From Octopus sinensis (taxonomy: Eukaryota): DNA of 64,000 bases. Each line of letters begins with the position of its first letter. Position 1 is the first letter of the stretch. Where the stretch lies: NCBI RefSeq assembly GCF_006345805.1, contig NC_043009.1, positions 41,788,001-41,852,000 on the forward strand. The letters run 5' to 3'. A model generated the notes under the pieces. That model saw only the letters and a program-made list of their open reading frames with translations. It was not told where the DNA came from and made no database searches. This document shows, in pieces, positions 41,123 to 52,808 of this stretch. The position numbers were made by a program, and so were the translations under genes.

Positions 41123-42808
41123 CAATAGGGAAAAATGATGAAAACAAAAAATGTAGCAAACAGGAATAAAAGAAACACGTGGACGTGAACGCGTAAAATT
41201 CTTTCATCAGCCGCCAACCAGATAACATTGCGATTTCGACACTTTTTTAAGAATCCCTTCATCTGTCTGTGCCAGGAGTATTGAAACCGCTAGAAACGAA
41301 AATAACAAAATAAAACAATAACAAGAAGGTGTGAGTTTACATGAAAATTATAGATGTTGACGATAGTAGAAAATCTTTGGAAAAGCGGGTAATATAGACT
41401 GCTTCTCAAGTGTAACAAAAGTGAACAAAACATGGGTGCGCAAAAAGTAACGGTTTTAAGATAGGCTTGGTGCTAAACAACAACAACAACAGTAACAGCA
41501 GTGTATTTCTATGCGGTCGCTCTATCAACTAAAAGTAATACCCATATCTTCATCAAAATAGATCCTATTCACAGGGCGTATTTTGGGTGTAATTAGGGAG
41601 TCGTTAGATAATATAGTCCTCAATTCATTTTACCCTCACTGCCACAAAAAAAAAAAACACGAAGGTTATAACTGGAACTGTTCCGCCGCTACCATCACCA
41701 TTATTATCGCGATCACTTATACTACTACCCCAACTAATACCTTGAGCACTTATCATACTTTTATCTACATCATTATGTCCACCACCACCATCCCTTCACT
41801 GTTACTGAAATTATTATCACTGCAACTATCATTACAAACAATACATCCACTACTAGTATTCTATTGCAATCTACTACCGCATTACCAACACCATAACCAC
41901 CATTATGACTATTACAATAATCACCACCACTGCCACCACTACCACTAACTATACCAATACCATCTCCAGCATGACTGTCGCCACTACTATTCCTGTCACC
42001 ACTCCTTATTTCCTCCACCATCATCACCATCAATATTATCTATAACTGCATCATCATGACTGTCAGCATTATCACCAGCACCACCAGCAGGAACTCAGGA
42101 CGTTAAGACGGACAAAATGCAGCTAAACATTTTGCCGAGCGTGCTAACGATTCGGCCAGCACGACGCTTTACCACCGCTATTAATATCATTACCATCATT
42201 GTCACCCCTACCACTAAAACCACCGCCATTGCTATTAGTATACTCAGCAACACCACCGCCATCACAATCACCATCAATACCAGTAGCTTCGCCAATACCA
42301 CCAACACAAGCATCACGGTAGTTAGTTTCACCACCAACACAACCACCGCTACCACCACCACCACCACCACCACCACCACCACCACCACCACTACCACCAA
42401 CATAATCATCACCACTACTACAACCATCACCATCACCATTACCACAGCCATTATCACCACTGCCACCCCTAACAGAAGTATCAACAAGAATAACGACAAT
42501 ACAACTACAAAGAACACAATACTATTTCCATAGACCAAACCAAACAAAATTCGACCACACACACACACACACACAGATGTACGCACCCACGAACGCATAC
42601 GCGTACGCACACGCAAGCACACGACACCAGCGCCAAAAAAAACCCAAAAAAAAACGACGATTCAACTTAAACTAAAAACTTCTGTTTGGTTTTTCCATCG
42701 TAGCATGACTAGGAACGACAATGAGATTGTCTACTGTAACAATGTTGAACAAACACTGCACCACATCGCTCTACTCCGCGCTACGCCATGCAGCAAACTA
42801 CACAGCCG

Positions 42809-42839
<31 letters not shown>

Positions 42840-42944
42840 ATCATCATCATCATCATCATCATCGCCATCGCCATCATCATCATCATCATCATCATCATTA
42901 TCGCACTGCCGCCTCTCTTAAGAACACACGCAGGCGACATTAGT

Positions 42945-42960
42945 AGCGCCACCTAGTGTC
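42945..42960 (-). promoter_or_regulatory. CTCF-like binding motif
   Basis: Minus strand GACACTAGGTGGCGCT versus consensus CCACYAGRKGGCRS gives one mismatch. Confidence 0.5.
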
Positions 42961-43144
42961 AAATTAATTTTCGCTCAAATCGATTGAATGAAGAAGCATA
43001 TGGAACCAAATGCAAACTTCTGTAACATCATCCATGCAAAGGATCGAATTTATCGAACTAAAAAGAATCGGTTGAAAGAAAGTACATTATTTTATACGTT
43101 TTACCTGAAAGATATTCAGTCTTCTTCTTCTTCTTCTACTTTAT

Positions 43145-43170
43145 CATCATCACCATAATTCATTATAATG

Positions 43171-43206
<36 letters not shown>

Positions 43207-43465
43207 ATTATTATTATTATCATTATCATCATCATCATATTATTATTATTGTTATTATTATCATTATTTATGTTATTATTATTATTATATTATTATTATT
43301 ATTATTATTATAATTATTATTATTATCATTATCATCATAATCATCATCATCATTATTATTATATTATTATTATTATTATATTATTATTATTTTACATTAT
43401 CATCATCATCATCATTATTATTATTATTATTATTAATTATTATTATTATTATTATATTATTATCC
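43145..43465. repeat. (ATT)n/(ATC)n microsatellite
   Basis: Seen directly. Confidence 0.97.
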
Positions 43466-43734
43466 AAAGTTAAATAATTATTTTTGTTTTAACTTTTATA
43501 TGATTTGTAAATTTTCTTTCTTTTTTTTGGGTAAGGTTTTATTTTCTCTCGGTTTCTGCTGCATATGTGTGTGTGTGTGTGTGTGTGCGTGCATGTTTCT
43601 GCGTGTGTGCGTGTGTGTGTGTGTGTGTGTACATGTGTGTATTGCTATCGTTATTGTTGTTTTATGAAACCAGCACTACTGTTTCGGTTATATATATATA
43701 TATGAACAGACACATTCATACAGTTATACACTAA

Positions 43735-43783
<49 letters not shown>

Positions 43784-44052
43784 CACACACCGTGAACACA
43801 TTCACTCACATACACAGTTTTTCTGTTTGTGTTTGTTTCTTCTTCGTTAGTCTAAAATATCAGTTTTGAAATGTCATACCTGTCAACAATTTTATATTTC
43901 GTCTCTGTAAACATACTTTTGTGCGTATAGATATATATATATGTGGAGACATACAAACCAAGAACACATTATACATGAATACATACATATATACATACAT
44001 CCGATGAATAATTAGATATGCACATGAATGCATATATATATATTATATATAT

Positions 44053-44119
<67 letters not shown>

Positions 44120-45238
44120 GTATATATACATGTATATATGTTATCATTTATACATTAATGCGCAAACATTTAAATTTGCATTCACGTGTGCCAGTGTTTT
44201 AAGACTTCTGTGTACGTATATATGTGTGTCAGTATCGTTATTAGTTACAGAAAGTGTGTATGGGAGTAGAGTTAGCATATTCACCAGTGTATATAATGTG
44301 TATATAAATGTATGTAAGTGTATTTGTTCCCCAACTAAATGCTAATGCCTTTCTTTGTGCATCTGTAAGTTTTTATATAATATTCTTATACACATAAATA
44401 TTGAGATAGGAAGTTGAAGAAGCAAGTCATATTTTTTCGTAAAATGTTATGCGTCTATGATTGTATGTCACAGTAGGTATATAATTCTTGTGTGTTTATA
44501 TTGTGTTCTTTTTTTTTTACCAAAGTGTGTGTGTGTGTGTGTATTTATGCCTGATGGTAAGAATCTTCATCACAGTGGGGGATTTTCAAAAATAGGAAGT
44601 CCTATCGCTGGGAATTCAGATGTGCTTCCAGTTGAAAACCAACAAGTCCGCCAGGTGAAAATAATTTACAAAATAGAAATTTAAAAGTAAAATAAATAAC
44701 AAAAACTAAACAATAACAACAACAACAGTAACAACAACAACAACAAGAAAAATAGCAACAGTAGTATCCGTACAAGAATTAGAAGCTTAAGAAGAAGAAA
44801 GAAGGAAAACGAAGAAGAAGCGTACGAAAAGAAAAGAAAAGAAAGACAAAATATTAGTTTAATATTTTGGGTAAATAAAAACACCAAACAAAAGAAATAA
44901 TACATTGAGAGAAATATAACATTTAAAAATAATTTCTAAACCTAATTTGTAAGTCGGTATCGTATTCCTAGTTTTTTCTCGACTGTCAAACGAATGAGAT
45001 TACGTTCAGTATTCCTTTGATGTTTAGGCGGGCGGTGGAAATAGGTGAGACGGTGGAGAGTCACTCTAGATCTAATATCTGATGTAATATGGTAATAGTG
45101 CATAGATGGTGACGCAGTGTTCTGGGTTCAAAACTTTCAACCACGCAGAGCTTCTCTTTCGCTTTCGATGCTACAAGTGGCGCCATTGAAAAAGTGCGTT
45201 TCTGTAACAGACACAATTGTTATATATTATATATATAT

Positions 45239-45270
<32 letters not shown>

Positions 45271-45329
45271 GTATATTATATATAGATAGATAGATAGAGA
45301 GAAGACAGATATAGATGTATATATATATG

Positions 45330-45363
<34 letters not shown>

Positions 45364-45491
45364 ATATATATACATATATATATACATATAATATATATAT
45401 ATATATTACATATATATATATATAATATATATATATATATCTGTCCTGTCCTATCTATCTATCTATCTGTCTATCTATATATGTATATATA

Positions 45492-45538
<47 letters not shown>

Positions 45539-45543
45539 TAGAC

Positions 45544-45605
<62 letters not shown>

Positions 45606-45617
45606 CTGACAGATATA

Positions 45618-45676
<59 letters not shown>

Positions 45677-45686
45677 TATATATATA

Positions 45687-45840
45687 CAGGGAGAATTCAC
45701 AAAGAAACAAAAGACGAAGATAGGTGTTGTAGACAACGAACAGATATATTAGTATAACGCTCGGGAAGTGAAAATGTGTTTAACGTTTGGACCCTACGCT
45801 CTTCCACAGAAAGGAACAAAGAAAGAAACAAGGAGAGAAA
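45687..45840 (-). mobile_element. Repeat fragment in (TA)n with a very degenerate HHR-like motif
   Basis: Minus strand ~45779-45813 reads ttt CTGTGGA agagcgtagggtc cAAA cg TT aaa; the core is mutated. Confidence 0.35.
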
Positions 45841-45869
45841 ATATATATATATATAGATAAATATAGATG

Positions 45870-45906
<37 letters not shown>

Positions 45907-47052
45907 GGAGGCGCAATGCCCCAGTAGTTTGTTCACTGATATCTGTTCGTCTCTGGAAAGCCACTGGTTAGTCACAGACCCCACCTAATTTGGCTGCTGA
46001 TATCAGCTGGCTACGTACTGGCATTTGGTTGCATGGGTAGCAGAAATCTCTTCTCAGCTTTTTTGGTGTTGTTTACAGAAATGCAGACAGAACATTTTGT
46101 CCCATCTTGAATGCAGGCTGATTAAATTGGAGAAACAAGCATATGTATCGGGTAAAATCAAATGTAAATGATATAGAACGATATAACTTAGATGTATAGA
46201 AGCCATTTTGGTCACGACATGGAGATAGCGCTTCAATTAATGAATGACATCACACAGCTTCGGTTGAGCATATCTGTAGCAGCAGAACTGACCTAGAAGT
46301 GGAGGTAGTATTTAATTGAGGATTTTCCATAAAGTTTTATAGAAGTTCAACAAATGATATATTTTCTGGTATCAATCTTACTTGTAGTTTTTAGCTTTTA
46401 ATCTAACCTAGAGAAGGTTTTTGTTTATAAATGCTGGAATAATCTCAGCTGATAAAATTTTCTCAAGCATATATGTTACATATATAAGATTCTGTCTCAT
46501 TGATATTGCATACATTTACACATCAATAGCAGTTTTTTTCTTCAAACACTTCGCATGGCTATCAAACTTGGTGACAAAATAAATTCTTTGATATTTATAT
46601 AGCTATTTTCGCTGATGTTGAGACACCAGTAGCCAGCATATTCTAATAAAAAAAACGGTCGTAAACTGCACAAATGTACCGTTAGAATTTGCAACTTAAA
46701 ATACCATTTAGTAAGAAAACCAAGACATTTCTAGTTTTTCCCAATCATAACTACTGCGAATATTTTAGTCTTTTAATATCGTTTTTCAGTATAGTGACAA
46801 GGCCACACATTTAATGTGTGATGCATCTGGAATTACAATTTCCTACAAAATTCCACTTTGAGGGTGTAGAGAGTAAGGACTTCGATTTGAGTGGAAATAC
46901 ATCGACTTTCAAAGCAATCAGGACGTACATATCTAACAAACAATCACTCTCTCTCTCTTTCTCTCTCACTGTATGTATGCATATATATATATATACATAC
47001 ATTAATATATATATAATTATATATATATATATATATATAATAATATATTTAT

Positions 47053-48275
47053 ATATAGAGGGCATTATAATACATGCCAGAAGGCATTATACATACATGC
47101 CAAACGCTAAGAGGGACAATCAGTCATTTCTACAAAAAATATTACTAATCCCACCGAATGCAATTTTTCAAAGTAAGACATTTAAAAATATAGACCTGTA
47201 TCACAGTGATTTCATACTTATAATCATCAGCAGGCCTGAATGTATTATAAATAAACAACGACCCTGCCCCGCTTAAGCCGATCAGCTAACTGATCAACAT
47301 CAACGAAGCACATGGGTGAGTTTACATATAGTACATCCGGTAAATGGCAAACTTTACGAATTGCATTTCGGGAGAGGAAAAAGTTTTTCGGAAAAAAATT
47401 AGCAATTAAGGACAACTACTTAATAAGGAAAACTTAACAAGAAATTGTCAGGTAGATAGGTAAAAACCTCATAGAGAAAAAATTTCGAAAAATAATTATT
47501 TCTTATTGAACATATTAATTTATATATAGAGGGCATTATACATACATGCCAGAAGGCATTATACATACATGCCAAACGCTAAGAGGGACAATCAGTCATT
47601 TCTACCAAAAATATTACTATCCCACCGAATGCAATTTTTCAAAGTAAGACATTTAAAAATATAGACCTGTATCACAGTGATTCATATACGTAATCATCAG
47701 CAGGCCTGAATGTATTATAAATAAACAACGACCCTGCCCGCTTTAGACGATCAGCTTGAGGTTTTTACGCTATCTACCTGACAATTCTTGTTAGTTTTCC
47801 TTATTAAGTAGTTGTCCTTAATTGCTAAATTTTTATTCCGAAAAAACTTTTCCTCTCCCGAAATGCAATTCGTAAAGTTGCCATTTATCCGGATGTAATA
47901 TATGTAAACTCACCCATGTGCTTCGTTGATGTTGATCAGTTAGCTGATCGGCTTAAGCGGGGCAGGGTCGTTGTTATTTATAATACATTCAGGCCTGCTG
48001 ATGATTACGTAAGTATGAATCACTGTGATACAGGTCTATAATTTTTAAATGTCTTACTTTGAAAATTGCATTCGGTGGGATTAGTAATATTTTTGGTTAG
48101 AAATGACTGATTGTCCCTCTTGCGTTTGGCATGTATGTATAATGCCATCCTTATATATAATTAACGGTCAATAAGAAATAAGGTATTTCGAAATTTTTCT
48201 CTTATGAGGTTTTTCGTATATACCTGACCATTTCTTGTGTAAGTTTTCCTATTTAAGTAGTTGTCGTAATTGCTA
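47053..48275. mobile_element. HHR-containing 471-bp unit in tandem + inverted arrangement (retrozyme / non-autonomous Penelope-like candidate, family 1)
   Basis: Unit 47053-47523, partial tandem copy 47524-47756, inverted copies 47758-48147 and ~48150-48275. Flanked by (TA)n, with no meaningful ORF. Confidence 0.75.
47193..47236 (-). ncRNA. Type I hammerhead ribozyme (family 1)
   Basis: Minus strand reads ggcctg CTGATGA ttataagtat GAAA tcactgtga TA caggtc. Stem I is 6 bp and stem III is near-palindromic (atcac-t-gtgat). Further copies at 47664-47706 (-) and 47992-48036 (+) read GAA rather than GAAA; the latter has stem II tac-gtaa-gta. Confidence 0.8.
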
Positions 48276-48294
48276 TATATATATATATATATTT

Positions 48295-49111
48295 ATAAAT
48301 GAGGGCAAAGGAAAAAAATTCTAATTGCCAAAATGCCGCGAAAAATTGGACTATTGTCCATTAACCATAAATTTTTTCCACAATACGCACGCACTCGAAA
48401 AAAAAAGGTCGACAGAAATTCTTAAAAATTCAATGACAATATGTCAATTTTTCGGAAATTTGGCATTATAATTTTTTTCCTTTGCCCTCATTTATGAATT
48501 GTTTATAAATTTAACCGTTAAAGGTATTTTTTAATATGCTGACCATTGATAAAGTTTTTTTCGAGAAAATATTTTTTTTTCGAAAAGAATTTTATCCTCA
48601 CATTTGATATAAATTTGAGCGTTCACTTCCGGACTAACTAACTCACTCTGTGAGAGCCTCAGTTCAAATCTCACGTGCCTCGAATGGGCTGGAGTATTTC
48701 TATTTTGGATATATTTGAGGTACATAGTTGTGCCCATGACTTAGTATTTGCTTCTTCCATGGGTATGAGTAAGTATCTCATTTATTTCTTTTGCCACATG
48801 TACCACTGACGAAGAGAGGGCTCTTAGTAGCTAACTCTGAAATCGGTCCGATATGGTAATAATGGAATATTTTAGAAATTTCTGTCGACCTGTTTTCGAA
48901 TAGCGTGCGTATTGTGAAAACATTATATGGTTAATGGACAATATGTCCAATTTTTCGGCATATTTGGCGTTAGAATTTTTTACCTTTGCCCTCATTTATG
49001 AAATGTTTATAAATTTAACGGTTAAAGGTATTTTTTAATATGCTGACCATTGATAAAGTTTTTTTCGAGAAAATATTTTTTTCGAAAGGAATTTTATCCT
49101 CACATTTGATA
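48295..49111 (+). mobile_element. HHR-containing 502-bp unit, partial tandem with inverted 5' segment (family 2)
   Basis: 48435-48609 is repeated at 48937-49111 (period 502). 48295-48430 is the inverse of ~48865-48999. Flanked by (TA)n. Confidence 0.75.
48801..48858 (+). ncRNA. Type I hammerhead ribozyme, fully canonical core (family 2)
   Basis: Reads tacca CTGACGA agag-agggctcttagtagctaa-ctct GAAA tcggtccga TA tggta. Stem I is tacca/tggta, stem II agag/ctct and stem III atcgg-t-ccgat. Cleavage is predicted after 48853 (AUA). Confidence 0.88.
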
Positions 49112-49192
<81 letters not shown>

Positions 49193-49198
49193 ATATAT

Positions 49199-49346
49199 AT
49201 ATTGTTATATTCCGAATGGTCATATTGCCAGTTTAGCCCAATAAAAACACACGCAATATATATTTGGTGTTATAAATAAACTAATAGAAATAAATAACTT
49301 TATATATCAAAAAACTGGCAATATGAGCATCCGAAAATAACAATAT
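49199..49346. mobile_element. Small MITE-like element with ~35-bp imperfect TIRs
   Basis: atattgttatattccgaatggtcatattgccagttt is inverted relative to aaactggcaatatgagcatccgaaaataacaatat. Confidence 0.65.
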
Positions 49347-49395
49347 TTGTTTCAACACACGACTTCACATAAAATCTTGCCACACCAAATATTTA

Positions 49396-49399
<4 letters not shown>

Positions 49400-49452
<53 letters not shown>

Positions 49453-49846
49453 TAAAAGCAAAGAAGAAAACGCTGACAAAATAATTTAAGTAAGGGAGAG
49501 TGTATTTAATTAGGTGAAAGTTCTTTTTACCGGTTGCGCATTTGTTATGCTTATCAAAAGATATTTTATTAAGAGAGATAGAGTTCCTTTCTGATAGATT
49601 TTTTCTCTTATATATATATAATATATATACACACACATATGCATGCATACATATATATGCATGTATGTGGATATATATATATATATGAACATATGTATAC
49701 ATACATATATATGCTTGTATATATATTCATACGCGTGTATATATATATATATACACGCGTATGAATATGAATGATTTTGTTAGTGATATATATACATATA
49801 CATAAATACACACACACACACATATATATATTATATATATGTATAT

Positions 49847-49880
<34 letters not shown>

Positions 49881-49892
49881 AACATATACATA

Positions 49893-49940
<48 letters not shown>

Positions 49941-50356
49941 GTATATTAATATATATGTATATGTATATATATATACATATATATATATGTGTGTGTGTGT
50001 GTGTATATTTATGTATATGTATATATATCACTAACAAATCATTCATATTCATACGCGTGTATATATATATATATATACACGCGTATGATATATATACAAG
50101 CATATATATGTATGTATACATTGTTTCATATATATATATATATATATCCACATACATGCATATATATGTATGCATGCATATGTGTGTATATATATATATA
50201 TATAAGAGAAAAAAATCTATCAGAAAGGAACTCTATCTCTCTTAAAAAAATATCTTTTGATAAGCATAACAAATGCGCAACCGGTAAAAAGAACTTTCAC
50301 CTAATTAAATACACTCTCCCTTACTTAAATTATTTTGTCAGCGTTTTCTTCATTTG

Positions 50357-50396
<40 letters not shown>

Positions 50397-50400
50397 TACA
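49400..50400. repeat. ~1-kb palindrome centred on TA-rich microsatellite
   Basis: The complex segment 49457-49610 is the reverse complement of 50202-50360, and the inner microsatellites mirror each other. Confidence 0.85.
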
Positions 50401-51004
50401 TATATACATATATACATATATATATGTGTGTGTATGTGTGTATATACATCCGCATACATATATATGCATGCATAAACACTTACACATAAACCCGCACACT
50501 TATATGAACAATCGTGTACACATACAAAATACTTAAAGATCTACAAAAAAAAAAAAGCAATACTTTTTTTCTTGACTGGAGGCATTTAGCAATATTCTAC
50601 AGGACTTTAGGGAATTTTGTCCCCGAGGCATTTTGAATTATTTCAACCAAAATATTGTTTTATTTTATTCTAAAAAATATTAGCTCCGACTTCGTATTAG
50701 CGATAAAATCTCTATAGTCTAATTTATTTATTCACTTTCCCAGAGCTGCAGTGAATACAAAAATTGATACAGTGTACATAATATTTGAAGTATGCGAACA
50801 CATTTTAAATCATTTTTAGGGTTTGTTAGAATGATCTAATTTCTTTAAACCCAAACATATATCGATAACATTGTTGCAGATCTTCCCCAAAATTAGTATG
50901 GATTTTTAAAATGTAAATTATTAACTGTGAATACATATACGTAATACACGATGGGATTTATTTATGGGATTCTTTCAGGATTAATAAAAGATTAAGCTAA
51001 AATA

Positions 51005-51086
<82 letters not shown>

Positions 51087-51386
51087 CACACCAGACACAC
51101 ACAGATACACACACCACACACACACATATATATATATATATATGCATATATACATACATATATGTACATACCTACATATATATGTATATATACATGCATA
51201 TATGGGTACAGTACATCAAAACAACGCTGAACACAATGAGAAACGAAAACAAAAACAAAAACATAGAAAACGAACTTTTTTCGAACAACGAAAAAAATAA
51301 CAGAGAAACGAGACATGCAACATAAAGAATATTCCCCTTCATCAGTTGTCCCTGTTTCATCTACTCCGCGTTTATTATTATTATTA

Positions 51387-51432
<46 letters not shown>

Positions 51433-51439
51433 CATTATT

Positions 51440-51532
<93 letters not shown>

Positions 51533-52808
51533 TTTATATATATGTATGTCCGTATGTTATGCATGTATGTATGACTTGTTTTTATTCGTCTCATTCACCA
51601 TCGAATCCTCAGCATAGACGAGCATTTAAACCGTTTTTTTGGTGGGGCATTTGACCGTTCCTCAAGCAATTTCTTTCTCTGTTTCTATGTTTCTCTCTTT
51701 CACCCGCACCGACACCCACCACCACCACCACCACCACCCGCACGCCTCCCGCAGTCGTCCCATTCTCTCACATCTCCCTTACACATATTTAACAATTGAT
51801 ACGAACTGATATGGTCGTTTCGATAGCCGTATTCGCAGCCGGCAGCGTGAAAATAGCAATTACTCGTATTGCAAAGATCAGGCAACGATAGCCAACTGGT
51901 CTTTAATGAATGCCAATTGAATACCAGACCGTGACCAGGCAACACCAGCCAGCAATAAGATGGTCAATCACTTGAAAAGACATCGTTGCTCAACAATACT
52001 GCCGTCACAAAAGAATTGTCTCATACTTCATTGGTTAATTCTTTCTTTCTGTCTTTTTTCTTTCTTTCTTTCTATTTTCGCTCTTTCCTTTCGTTCTTCT
52101 GTTTTTTTCCTCTTTATGTCTTTTTTGTTTTCTGTCTTTTCTTCCCTACTTCATTCATTTTCTTACATTCATTCCTTGACCATAATTTTTTGTGTTTATC
52201 TATATGTATATATATATATATACACACACATATCTATCTCCCTCTCCCTCTCTCTCTATATATATATATACACACACATATCTATCTCCCTCTCTCTCTC
52301 TCCATATATATATACACACACATATACCGAGAGAGAGAGAGAGAGAGAGAAGGGGGGGGGCATGCAAATGTTATTTTTGCATACACACACACAACACACA
52401 CAAATCAACATAGTTAATGACAGAACTATTACAAGAAAAGGTTCCTCACCGCATAGAACAGTTCAAGAATGTAAGAAAAAATGTTTAATTATAAACAATT
52501 GATCATTAACTGAACCTGAACGTAGAATTTTAAAATGACACCCAAATACGCGTATGCTTCTGTGTGTTTAGATAATCCTCTCCCGCTCTCCAGATAACAG
52601 GTATGGATGTATAAACAACCCCCGGGCGCGAGTGCACTCGCCCACACAAGCATCCGCATAAATGTGAGCATACACGCACGTGAGGTTTGATGCACTCATG
52701 ATCACAAAGCTAGTTATTTATTAACTTGGTGCTTATAAGAATGGGGAGGATAAGTGTAAATTTAAGTCACCCATACCTTTAAATAAATTAAGCGAAGTTA
52801 ACAGTTTC

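Noticed and set aside
42704-42956. Acceptor-like ttttccatcgtag followed by an 83-aa ORF
   Set aside because: The ORF runs into a (CAT)n repeat, with no recognisable protein and no matching donor or partner exons.
45270-45690. Alternating forward/inverted GATA-TATC blocks
   Set aside because: A-A'-A pattern of low-complexity sequence with indel noise; likely read artefact or slippage.
46440-46462. 12-nt match to the miR-216 5' end (taatctcagctg)
   Set aside because: The 3' part diverges and there is no hairpin partner.
51300-51375. Minus-strand CTGATGA with nearby GAAAC
   Set aside because: Element order and stems do not assemble into a hammerhead fold.
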